Below are positions 51,913 to 64,000 of a DNA stretch of 64,000 nt, piece after piece. Within the stretch, counting starts at the first letter, position 1. Each line of letters starts with the position of its first letter. A program made the position numbers and the translations under genes. Below the pieces are notes generated by a model that worked only from the letters and a program-made list of their open reading frames with translations, was not told the DNA's origin and did not search any database. Source of the DNA: the human T2T-CHM13v2.0 reference genome, Homo sapiens; the NCBI RefSeq assembly GCF_009914755.1, contig NC_060928.1. One strand, given 5' to 3'.

Positions 51913-53904
51913 TAAAAGTACTTTTTTAAAATAAAAAATACAAACGCTTTGCAACCCAATCTAAAACAACATAAGAGAAAGTCTTCCTCCTGTATACCAC
52001 TGTTCCAAATTTCCTAATTCCTTTTTATATACTTGAATAAAAATTTTTATAATCCTATCGGGATATTTAGATATATTTTGTAAGTTAAACAAATGCCCAG
52101 ACTGGGCAGTCGTTTCATACACATAGTTCTTGCCTTTCCTTTTAAATATTTCCACGAGATGATTCAAAGGTCAGCCTCATTCTGTCCAGCAGCACAGTAT
52201 TCCCCTGGATACCTCATTATTTATCTTAGCAGTCCCGAAGGATGAACATTTAGCTTGTTTCTGGATTCCATGTCCCCTTACACATAGTGCTGTGGTGAAT
52301 ATCATTGTGTGTATGTGTATGTGTGTTTGTAGATGCTTTTTGTGAGTAGATGCATAGCTTAGGTCCCTGGTAGTGGAATTATGGAGACTAAGTGTGTATA
52401 TATATATATTTATATATATTTTTTAACATTTTGGTAGATATTGCCAAATGGCTCATTGAGAAGCCTGTACCAGTTTATATTTCCACCAACAGTGTATAAA
52501 AAGTCCATGCCAGCGATGGATTTTCATTAAACTTTACCACTTTTGCCAATCTGAGAAGTGAAAAATTTTATCAGTCTTTAGATAACATTTCTTTGATTCT
52601 GAGTGAGGCTGAACATATTTTTATGTGGTTAGTGGCCATTATTAAAGATAATTTTAACCAGTTTTACATTTACTTCAGTTATAAATAATTTATATTAAGT
52701 GGAGAGACAGGCTCAACAAACAAATGGGATCCAGAAAACCTCACCCATCTGTAACATAAGAGAAGTATCTCAGTGTATCACTGTTGTTGGGGGCATATGT
52801 GCAGAATGAAAGACAAAGCAAATTCCCCTGTACCTTCTGAGTGTGTGTGACCAAATGTCTTTTCTACGTTGTGTACATCTAAGATTGTAGGAATAGCAAT
52901 TTTATCTTTATTTAAATAATGTTATCTAGAACAATTGAAAAAATGATTTAATTTGGGTATTTATTTATTTTTGACTTTGAAAGTAAGAAGTACCCTAATG
53001 TCACTCAGAACATTAAAAATGTTGAAAATGTCTTTATTCTTTCTTCCCTTTTTGTTGTCGTCAGAAGTTAATGGATTTATAGCTTTGTCAAAATGAGGAA
53101 CATTTTTCTTGTGTATGTTAAACCTCGGTTGATTTCTGACAAAACCAATAAGCAATTTATTTGGAGTATTTGAAAATAAATTATAAGATGAAAGAATCCT
53201 ACTAGTACATTGGCAAGTGGATGGGACCAGATGATCAAATATTTCATTTCTATGTCTACATTTCATGAGTCAGTTTCACACAACAGCTGCTGTGGGGGAA
53301 GGGTTGACTTACCAGAATACTTCATGGTTTTTTTTTTTTTATATGAAATTTTTCAAAAATTGGGTATGAATGGGTAAACCAAGAACGTTTATTGCTAATA
53401 TATAAAAATAAAAATACATAAACAAAATAAATGTAAATGTCAAAGAAATAAAAATATATGTTTTAACATATAATTCTAAAAAAGCCTTTAAAAATTTTCT
53501 TTTCAGTTTAAATTATAGAATGCAATGGTTTTTTAAAAAATCTTCTCTCTTATAAATAGTATGAGTAACAAATATTTATTGGATAGTTTCTGTGTGCCAG
53601 GCCCTGCGTTAAACATTTCACCTGTATTATGTGTTGGACACATTATTTCCATTTTTCAGAAGAGGCTTTGAAAGTGCGGTGATTTGTCAGGGCTGACACA
53701 GATGGTATGTGGAAGAACTAGTGGGGTAATCCAGGGACTCTGGTTCTAAAACTTGTGCTCCTAAGCATTGTGTTAGAATGGCTCCAAGTATTCAAGAAAA
53801 ACAAATATAATTTGTGAATTGAGCTTATCTCACTAAAAACCTTCATATTTTTAAACATTAATAAACTTCCTTGAGTAATTTTAAGGATTAAGAAGAAATT
53901 TGTT

Positions 53905-54105
53905 GCTGGGCTTGGTGGCATGCACCTGTAGTCTCAATTACTTGGGAGACTGAAAATCACTTGAGCTCAGGAGTTCCAGGCTGTATCATATGATGATCGC
54001 TCCTCTGCATAGCTACTGCACTCCAGACTGGGCAATACAGTGAGACCACGTCTCTTTAACAACCACCACTACCACCACCAAAAAAAACCAAAAAAACGAA
54101 AAAAA
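53905..54105 (+). mobile_element. Alu monomer (FRAM/FAM-like)
   Basis: GCTGGGCTTGGTGGCATGCACCTGTAGTCTC...CTGCACTCCAGACTGGGCAA plus A-rich tail. Confidence 0.75.
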
Positions 54106-55674
54106 CTTTGTTTTTTTCTTTTCTGCAATAAATTTCCTCTAATTTTGTTTTTGGTTTAGGTCTTAGTCTTCCCTAATTTGGGTTCCAAAGGTCTGTGGAA
54201 ACTCACACAATAGATGGAAACTCATAAAAGTGAGAAGCACATAAAAATCTTTATTTGGAATGTTTATTTTATCAATCTTATGATATATTCAAGGAGAATA
54301 TATTTTCTCACAGCAAATATTCCACCGGGCCCATAACTGGTCAATTAATAAAAGGAGGATTTGTAATACCATGTGATATAATGTAGTTTATTTTGACTGA
54401 GAACTTGGGTCAAATGTAATTTTTTCTTTTTTTTTAACAGCTGCAGGGATATACACTTAAGGCTCTGGGTAAGAGCTGGATCAAATGTTACATGGTTGCT
54501 TTAAAGTTGATACTTACTGGGGAGCTGGATGGAATAGGTGTTTCTGGCGTTTTTTGAATGGGCAGTGTGCTTTTGAGGAAAAATGTTTTCTCTGACTCTG
54601 AGCAAATGCCTGCCTTTTTGACAGATCATATTGCCATGGAGAAGTGTAGAGTCTATAAATTGTAACTTGCAGTAACAGGCAAGAATATGGCATTGGGTTG
54701 TCATGTGGGGCTGTGAGAACAGAGTGACTCCAGATGTGTATAGTCAGTTTGTTCAGAGACGTTATTTTACAGTAGCCAGGTGCCCACTGGTCTTTTTATA
54801 ATCTCTTTTTCTCATATTCTTTTTTCCTGTCTATGTGTATATGTCTGACATAGGAACAGTGAAACCGTGTAAAGAACTCTTTTCCTTCTTTAGTCTCAGA
54901 GTCCTCCCTTTAACCTGGAGCAAATCACTATTGAAAATTTGGTGGTGTCCTTCCAATCCATGTTTTTAATTCCTTTACTCTCTGTATAGCTGCATAAACA
55001 GTTTTGTGTTATTAAAGTTCATCCGAATACTGTCATCCTTCACATATCATTCTGCAACTTACCTTAGTCTTACTGTATTTTTTGAGGTCTCTTCATATTG
55101 ACATTAATCTGGTTCATTTATCTTAGTTGGTGGATAGTATTCCATTGTACTGCATTTGATCTAGTCCCTTAGTAACAGACGTTTAGATGTGCTCTTCTTG
55201 TATTTCTGTGTAATTCTTCAGTTCCATTTGTTCCTGTCCTTTCTGTGGTATTGCGTGTAGGAACTCAGTACAAACTTACTTGACTTTATTTTGATTTGAC
55301 TAAAGCTAGGTTATGAGCTATGAAGCTATCCTTCATCTGTTTCAGTTCTTTCAAATGGTCTCAGTTCAGTTTATTTATTTTTAATCATTTTAGGTACTTT
55401 GCAGTCATTCGTTCTCATCACATGTTTACTCTGTTGAACTGTGATATGTATTACCCATGTACTTGTAGCCTGGCTAGGTTTTGGGATGTTATTATCTTTT
55501 CAAGATAATGGATTTTTTCCAGAAATTATAAGTAACAGCATTGCTGTTGCAAGAAGCTGCCTTGTAACATCTTTGATGGGTCTAGGAATTATAGAGAAAG
55601 CATAGCTCTAACCTTTTAAGTACTTTTGATCATACTCCATTGATGTTTTTGCTTATTAAACAACTTGCTTCTTA

Positions 55675-56036
<362 letters not shown>

Positions 56037-56088
56037 TAGTGCTGAGGACTCAGTTTGCCTAATACAGTTGTCAAAATACAAGTTATAT

Positions 56089-56510
56089 CAGTGCTTGCTG
56101 TCGGATAGAACATAATGCAAGCCACCTGTGTAATTTTTAATTTTCTAGGAGCCACACTATAAAAGGTAAAATGAAATGGATAAAATAAATGTTATTTAAC
56201 CAGTACACCCCAAAACATTGCCATTTGCCAAAAACATTGCCAAAACATGTGATCTATATAACAGCGTATTGAGATAATTTACCAAAAACATTGCCAAAAC
56301 ATTGCCAAAAACATTGCCAAAAACATTACCAAAAACATTTGCCAAAAACATTGCCAAAACATGTGATCTATATAACAGCCTATTGAGATAATTTACGTTC
56401 CTCTTTTCTTACCAGCTCTTCAAAATCCTGACGTATGTTCACCAGGACCAGTGGCATGTCAAGCATTCCATAGCCAATGTGTTTAGTGGCTACCATGTTA
56501 GATAGTGCAG
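56089..56510 (-). mobile_element. MER33-like hAT-Charlie element with an internal repeat expansion
   Basis: CAGTGCTTGCTGTCGGATAGAA...AGTGGCTACCATGTTAGATAGTGCAG termini. Confidence 0.75.
56210..56396. repeat. 11-13-bp CCAAAAACATTG minisatellite interleaved with a 61-bp duplication
   Basis: 56222-56282 equals 56336-56396 with one mismatch; short units fill the gap. Confidence 0.93.
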
Positions 56511-57779
56511 GTATAGAAAATATATGTTTAAGAGGTATTAGTAAGGATCACAGTGATTGGGCCTGAGGGGAGGTTTCAGGGAGGAGCTGGAGGTACCAAG
56601 GGCTGAGCAGATCTAAGCCATCAGGTGCCATGTGGATTGGTTGGAAGAAACCCCAGGTGCATGGCTTGAGCAAAGATGATGTGTAGTGGGAGCAACTCTG
56701 GCTTATCCCAGAAACAAGTAGCTGGCTTGTCATAGAGGGCTAGGTTTCAGAAAAGTGGGAAAGGAAGCGTTGATAGGTAAACTGTCACCACTTGATAAGG
56801 AGTTGTTGATGTCGGAGTCTTATGCTGTCTGTATGTAACAGTATCTTTTTTTTTTCTGGCAAAAGATCATAGAAGAAAGCTTGTCAGGTTTATGAAACTA
56901 TTCCTTCCATATTTCATGGTTGTCCTTGCAGAGTGAATTATGATTCTGATAAACTATGAGGTCATTGTTATATAATTCTATGAAATTATATATAAGTTGG
57001 ATGTTTATCACTGTAAGGAGAATGACTAAGAGGGATGAGAATGGGTTTACAAAAGCAACAAAAAGTGGAATGTTAGTTGGATGTGTATATTTAATACTTT
57101 TGGTTTAATAAATTATGCCATAAAAAATCAGAAGTTTTAACTTTAAAACTTTAAAAAGCATGTAAGCTTTTTTCTTTTTTTTTTTTTCTTTTGGTGCATT
57201 GTAGGGATTATTAGGATAGTTCCTGGTAAGTTATAAAGCCTAAATGTTTAAATCTTTGAAGAACTCAGTTAACTAGAGATAAAAGTCATTTGATGACTGC
57301 TTGTTCTGTGTCAATATTTGTAATTACATTTATTAATTTAATCCTCAGAAGAACCTAATGAGGTAGATGCTACTACTGTTATTGCTATTATCATGTTACA
57401 GATGAGGAAACTGTAATATGATGCTGTCTGTATATGTAATAATAGTAGCATGGAGAGGTGACCTAACTTGTTCAAGGAGGAAGAACTGGGATTTGAATCC
57501 AGGTTACCTGGCACCAGAACTAAAGCTATTACCTGTGATGCTTCACTGCCTATTGTGGGGCTGACTTAGGTTTCTTCCCTCCCAGCTTTTCTTTGGTATC
57601 TAGTCATTTCTCCCCAGCTTTCATAATTTTTAATGTGAAAACATTGGTACAACCTGATTCAAGGAAGGAAAGACCTCATACTGTCTGTAATATCTTTGCA
57701 GCCTTTCTGTACTTCCAAAATAAAGGTTTAAAAAAAGAGTCACCATTGACAACATTAACCTATACATTCTCTTTTGCTC

Positions 57780-57910
57780 TTATTTTTTGTAGAGATGGAT
57801 TGGTTTCACTTTGTTGCCCTGGCTGGTTTTGAGCTCCTGGCATCAAGCGTTTCCTCCCCACTGGCCTCCCAAAGTTCTGGGATTACAGGCATGGGCCACA
57901 GCACCAGGCC
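57780..57910 (-). mobile_element. Alu left monomer
   Basis: TTTTTGTAGAGATGG...GGGATTACAGGCATGGGCCAC. Confidence 0.8.
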
Positions 57911-60065
57911 TCTTTTTTATTTTCCACTTTACCGTTCTATTAACCAGTCTTTTCTTTTTATCTGAAACTAAACATTAATGACTAAACATTATTGGATAAA
58001 ATTATTTGCAGCATAAATGGTACTATCTTTAAAAAACACAAAGAATTTTTACAACTCAAAAAAGCAAACATGTTAATATAATGAATAAAGGGACAGGAAT
58101 ATACGAAAAGAAAAAGAAATGGTTTGAAGTGTATGAAAAATGATTTTCACTAGAAACTAAACATGCAGTTTTGCACAAAAATACCTTTTTTTTTTTGGTT
58201 TATTAAACTGGAAAAGTTCGTAGAAAAAAGAGAGTAATACCCAGTTTTCCTAGGGCTTTGAGGAGACAGGTTAGCTGACTACCCAAGGTCATACAATATC
58301 AAGTGGCAGAGGTATATTGCAGCATTGCTTAAAGTTGTAGAAAAAATAGCAAGATATTAAATATTTATAATGAATAGCTTGATAGAGCAAATCAAGAATT
58401 TGGAATAAAAGATTATTTTTTAGTTGCTCCTGAAGATATTTATGGTTAGATGTCAGTGATGAAAGCTGATTACAAAACAGAATGCATACTGTAGTTGAAT
58501 ATTCATTAAAAATTACACTCATGCATTCATATACATGTGAGTAGAAATCATCTCCACAGAAAGATTCCAATTGTTGCTTTCTCCTTACTAGGTGTGTGAC
58601 TTTAGTCAAGATACCTAATCTCTCAGTGCCTTAAGTTTTCTTTGAAGAGATTCCTTTACAGATTTACAGGTAGTTGAAAGGATTAAATCGGATGAAAAGC
58701 AAAGAAAGAGTTTTTGGCAATGCCTGGCACATGTGCCTAATAAATGGCCCTCACAAATGTTTTAAAAAATCTTATTTCTGGCTGAAGAGATTGCAGATAA
58801 TCTAAAATTTCTTATTTTGTCCTATTCATATTTAAAATTTTCAACAATAGACATATTTTATGAACTTTTTTAAAGCTAAGAACTGTTTTGTTTTTAGGTT
58901 AAAGAGAGCAAAGATAGATTTGATGTTATATTAACATCTAGTATATTAGATCTATATCAAAAATTATTACTGTTGCTTACTGAATTGCAAAGTCTAGAGA
59001 ATCACTCATCTGATGTTGAAAAACAGCCCTTCAACCACATTTACAGTTAATAGTATTCATAAAGAAATAGTAAGTTTTATTGACCCTGAGTGCCAGTCTT
59101 TATCTTTAAAGTATAGACAGTTAGGCAAGGTTTCAATAACTAGAGAGTAGATGTTGAAAATTGTAAATGCCAGTTTCTTATATTTGTTTTTAGGAAAGTT
59201 TTAAAAATTATTTCTTATATTTTGAATCAGAAAGTGTTATGATTCCTTAATAAAGAGAAAGTCAAACTATCAGATTATTTACTAATTTGGGGAGTTGAAT
59301 ATAATGTTTCCAATAATTTTTCCTGATTTTATTTCCGTTTTGCCTTTAAATCCTTTGAAGCATCTTAACACATATGGTGGTCCATGTTTAACTACTCCTA
59401 TTGAATGCCAACTCTTCTATTTAAAATGGATTTTCACTGTGTTTTTTTTCATGGCTTTCTTGGAAACCACTCTTGGGATTGAGTGTACTTAAGCATTGAG
59501 TTTGCAAGTGAATCCAGATTTCATATTACATTTTCTGAATAGTACAGTGTACGTTTATCTGCTTATTGGTTGCATTCTGGTGCAACTGTCAAGAACAGGT
59601 CTAGAAGAAACAAAACTAAACCTAGTTCTTATGAACATATTTGTTTTATGTAATTTCTTTTTGTAGTCTATTTTCTTAAATTTTGATATTTTATAAATGT
59701 TTGTTACTTTGTTTATTGGAAAAAGGATGTTGTGAACAAATTATTTTTGGGGTCCAAATTAAACTTGGATTAAACAAGTTTATTGTTTACTGCAAGCATT
59801 TTTTGAGCCCTTGATTTTCTAATCTGCATCTTGCCTCTCTAAGGCTGGAAGAGGGTAGGATATATGTTTCCCAAAATCAATTGACTTGACTAAGCCACCC
59901 TTTTGCATAGCTGTCATGAAACACATTCTGGGAAATACTGTTCTAAATAAAAATACAGAAAGAGGGCAGAAGATAAAGCTGAAATATTTATTCATTGAAT
60001 AAACAATAAAACTGGCACTTAAAACTATTGCTTTTTGTGGACACAGATTTAAAGTTTTAGTTTTT

Positions 60066-60369
60066 TTGTTTATTTGTTTGTTTGCTTTTTTGAGAGAGAG
60101 TCTTGCCCTCTTGCCCAGGCTGGAGTGCAGTGGCGTGATCTTGGCTCATTGCAACCTCTGCCTCTGGCTTCAAGCAATTCTCTGCCTCAGCCACCCAAGT
60201 AGCTGGGATTACAGGTGCCTGCCACCACACCCGGCTAATTTTTGTATTTTTAGTGGAGACAGGGTTTCAGCATCTTGGCCAGGCTGGTCTTGAACTCCTG
60301 ACCTCGTGATCCACCCAATTTGACCTCCCAAAGTGCTGGGATTACAGGTGTGAGCCACCGCGCCTGGCC
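60066..60369 (-). mobile_element. Alu (AluS-like)
   Basis: 16-bp TSD TAAAGTTTTAGTTTTT at 60050 and 60370. Confidence 0.92.
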
Positions 60370-60975
60370 TAAAGTTTTAGTTTTTCTTCTTCCTCTTCAT
60401 CTCCTCTCCCTCATCCTCCTCACTCCCTTTTTTAAAATAAGAGACTGTTCTTTTGTAAACAATGAAAAAGAACCAGAGAATTATTTTGAGTATGTATTTC
60501 CCTAAATAGGTTATTTCTGTGTGTATAGTACTGTGAGTGCTCAAAAACTGCATTAAGTAATTGAGACTGTCCAGTCTGGTAAGCATCTTATAGAGTGAAA
60601 TTGCTTGGTATTGGGTAGTTTTACCCATTGTTTGTTTTAGTGCAGCTATAATCAGAAGTTCTTAGGAGACAAAATTGCTATCATAAACAGATGTGATGTT
60701 GAAAATGTAATTTCAAAACTTTATAAAATGTTGTGGCACTAACACTGGTCTAAAAACAGGCACAGGTGGAGGTTGGATCTAGAAAATTAGCCCTGTAATC
60801 TAAGTTGTTTTACTTAGAATGTTCTGTTTTTCTTGCTCTAGACTTCGCAAATCCCAGTAGAAGGTTCACCAAGTAGTAGTAATTTATATTGTTATTAGCA
60901 GTATCAATTAATTTTGTTATTTGTGGTAGTTATATACTATAATATATAACAGTATATAACAGTATATAAACAAAA

Positions 60976-61620
60976 TAGTTAATTTTGTTATTTGTGGTAG
61001 TTATATACTATAAAGTCACCATGACCACTGAATTAGCGAATAATGAACCATTGCTTCTAGGAAATACGGGGTTAAGTTCCTGCAAACTTCTGGTCACATT
61101 TTCATCAGCTAATTAATACATAACCCCATATTATGTGTGCTTTTGTTTAAAAATAGCTTATTGAATATATACGGTTGATTCATCAACATTAAACTCCTGG
61201 CCAGGAGCACTATAACTCATGCTTGAACGAAGTGTATCGAACACACATATTTTCTCTGTAAGGCACATCACAGGCTTCTTGTGCTTAGGGAACACAAGAC
61301 AGCACTTCAGCATTTTGTTTGGAGGCCATTTTAAACAGTGGAATCACCAGAGAACACACAAGAATGGGAAAAACCTGAGACCTAATGTACCATGAAGAGA
61401 AACTTGTTTACTGTATAAGAATTGAAACAGGAAGGCAGAGGGCCACTTGCTCAGCCCCAGCTGGAAATGTGTTTGTTGGACAAACATTTTTTGGTGCTCT
61501 GTGCATGTCCCTTGAATGACCATGGAAGTCCAGGAGTATTGACTGTTCGAGTTACAAATAAATTTTAGCAAGTAGGCAAATTCACGAATACGGAATCCTT
61601 GAATAATGAGGATCCAGCAG
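60976..61620 (+). mobile_element. MER82-like Tigger DNA transposon
   Basis: TATAAAGTCACCATGACCACTGAATTAGCGAATAATGAACCATTGC...GGAATCCTTGAATAATGAGGATC fits the recalled MER82 consensus and its ~650 bp length. Confidence 0.8.
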
Positions 61621-62852
61621 TATTTGGATTGTTTTGGAATCAGGTGATGACCTAGAAGCTGAGGTTTCAGGTAACTCAGCTCGTGTTCCCCTGACTGCCC
61701 TCCTTCTCTGCTTTGCTGCTGTTCTCTCTCCAGCTTCAGTGTGAAGTATGTGTAGGTTGCTGCTGATCCAGCAAGCGAGAGAATAGAGGGTGACCAAGTA
61801 ATGGGATTGGAGGAGTGAGTAGAGCTAGGGCTTGGCTATAGAAATTTTGCTGATTGTGCCCAAAATTCTTGGACAAATCGGAGACTTATATTGTACTTTC
61901 CTATTTCCTATACTTCAAGTATTAGTGTAATTTATGATAGAGAGTGTAAATGTTGGTTTCAAAGTTAGATTTTACCATATGCAACAAGTCAGTGTAGATG
62001 CAGGTTCAACTGTTTAAAGTACTTTAAGTTATACCATACAGCTGTTTGGCTTTTTTGTTCCCATGTGGGCTCATAGTTGCTCACAGCTGCAGTCAATGAT
62101 AAACGCTTATCTCAGGAGTCCAGGTCAGTTTGGTGCAGGTCAGCTGAGTTGGTATGAAACTGAAAACATGAATTGAATGCAGTCAAATGACCCAATTTTG
62201 AGCAGTGCTTGTTAGCTGATTATTAAATAGGTTGTTTATTTGTTTGTTTTTGAGATTGTCAAGTTGATTTTATGTGGAAACTTGGGTTCTTGAGAAAATT
62301 TTTAAAAATACCGTATTAAGGGCCTGTTCTGCATAAAGTCCTGTGCTGGTCTGTGGACAATGAATCGGAATAAATAAAATGTGCTATTCCTTGGCTTTTA
62401 GAAGATGACAGTCTGATACAGGATGCAAAATATTAAAAAACAAAAAGCAAAGTTGTGGTGGGCTTCAGGAAATAAATTTGTTAGAGAGTAGGGTGCTTGG
62501 GGAAGGTGTAGTGAGAGGTATGTAAAGGCCAGTATCAGTGATTACTTTGTGGCTTTTTGTGTAAGTGTGTGTTTGTGTGTATTTGTGTTGGGGGGTGTCT
62601 GTTTAAAGTAGGGTGTAAACTTTAAAGCTTTGCATCTTAGGAATAAACAGTTGGGCGACATTGATGGAATGAGAAAAGGGCATTGGTAGGAGACAGGTAC
62701 TTCTTCATCTAGAGGGACAAGGGCCTTTAACCAGATGCTTGATTGGCAGTGGGAAGGAGCTGTTGAGGAGCAAGAATAAGTGTGTCTTGATCACTGAATA
62801 TGGACAAGGAGAAAGTAGAAAGTAAGGTTTTGTACTATTTAAATAATAAATG

Positions 62853-63160
62853 GGCCAGATGTGATGGTTCACACCTATAATTCTGGCCTTTGGTGAGGCT
62901 GAGGCAGGCATACTGCTTGAGCTCAGGAGTTCGAGACCAGCCTGGGCAACATGGCAAAACCTCGTCTCTACAAAAAATACAAAATTTAGCCAGGCATAGT
63001 GTTGCACGCCTGTAGTCCTGCTGTTTGGAGGCTGGGGTGGGAGAATCACCTGTGTGTGGGAGGCAGAGTCTGCAAGTGAGCCAGGATCACACCACTGCAC
63101 TCTAGGATGGGTGACAGAGCGAGACTCTGTCTAAAAAAAAATAAGAAAGAAAGAAAAGAA
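62853..63160 (+). mobile_element. Alu (AluJ-like)
   Basis: Full dimer with A/(GAAA)n tail. Confidence 0.88.
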
Positions 63161-63424
63161 TGAATGTTTCTTCTCTAGTCTGTAAATCATTCTAAAACTT
63201 AAATCTGGACTCAGAGGCAGAATGCCCATTCCTGAATCTATGAAATTCTTTTGCATTGTTTTATTTTTAGCTGTGAGAAAATATTTTTAAAATTGGTATG
63301 TCCATGTGGCTATGGTTTTTTCAAGAATACTTTATTGTGGAATAATTTTAGATTACAGAAAAATTGCGGAGATGGTCTAGAAAGTTCTTGTAATATCCCC
63401 TACTGAGTTTCCCCTGTTAAAAAC

Positions 63425-63729
63425 TTTTTTTTGTTTTTTTGGTTTTTTTAGATGGAATCTCGCTCTGTCACCCAGGCTGGGGTGCAGAGGCACAATCTCG
63501 GCTCACTGCAAGCTCTGCCACCCAGGTTCACGCCATTCTCCTGCCTCAGCCTCCTGAGTAGCTGGGAGTACAGGTGCCCACCACCACGCCTGGCTAATTT
63601 TTTTTGTATTTTTAGTAGAGACGGGGTTTCACCGTGTTAGCCAGGATGGTCTCGATCTCCTGACCTCATGATCCGCCCTCGGCCTCCCAAAGTGCTGGGA
63701 TTACAGGCGTGAGCCACCGTGCCTGGCCT
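63425..63729 (-). mobile_element. AluY-like
   Basis: CACTGCAAGCTC, TTCACGCCATTCTCC and TAGCCAGGATGG diagnostics. Confidence 0.9.
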
Positions 63730-64000
63730 AAGTGTTATATATTTTAAAAGTGTTCTTAGCTGAAATGGTCTTCTATTTTAGCTAATGGTTTTAGGTGTTG
63801 CTGTCTTATATCTAGTTAGTAAGTGTTTAAATACTTGCTATATGACTTTCACTTGGATTGTTTATACACTTTTTTATATTGGTCAGTTACTATATTATTT
63901 CAATAATCTTTTATTTGCCTTTATCAAACAACTTCATTACACTAGTAGCCTTCACTAGCATGAAAATTCTCTGGTGCAGTGGACTTGAGTTGATTTTGAT

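Noticed and set aside
56210-56396. Repeat-spacer pattern resembling a CRISPR array
   Set aside because: Eukaryotic context, the two 'spacers' are duplicates of each other, units are only ~12 bp and there are no cas genes

Overview
Primate DNA, almost certainly human (it carries a human-lineage AluYb8-type element). It is AT-rich and dense in Alu, L1, L2/MIR, DNA-transposon and LTR relics. A CpG island at about 13.4-15.1 kb holds the first exon of a + strand gene. Its coding part (14977-15045, MASYVDNSFRQAVMKNPPERTPQ, then CAG|GTGAGA) is what I recognise from memory as the N-terminus of the long RAPGEF2 isoform. The remaining ~49 kb looks like intron 1; I saw no second coding exon. The intron contains a 93-nt near-perfect palindrome matching MIR3688 and a MER41B-type solo LTR with STAT motifs. 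Nearly all ORFs in the supplied track are Alu-, L1- or GC-rich artefacts. I cannot establish a new biological system from sequence alone. The best leads are: a GC-rich leader with stacked uORFs (one a GGC-repeat poly-Gly uORF) plus a G-quadruplex; candidate poison microexons and an in-frame intronic terminal exon; a 132-bp duplication younger than the AluYb8 insertion; and several local templated-duplication scars. Repeat family names come from recalled consensus sequences, and repeat boundaries are approximate unless target-site duplications (TSDs) are quoted.
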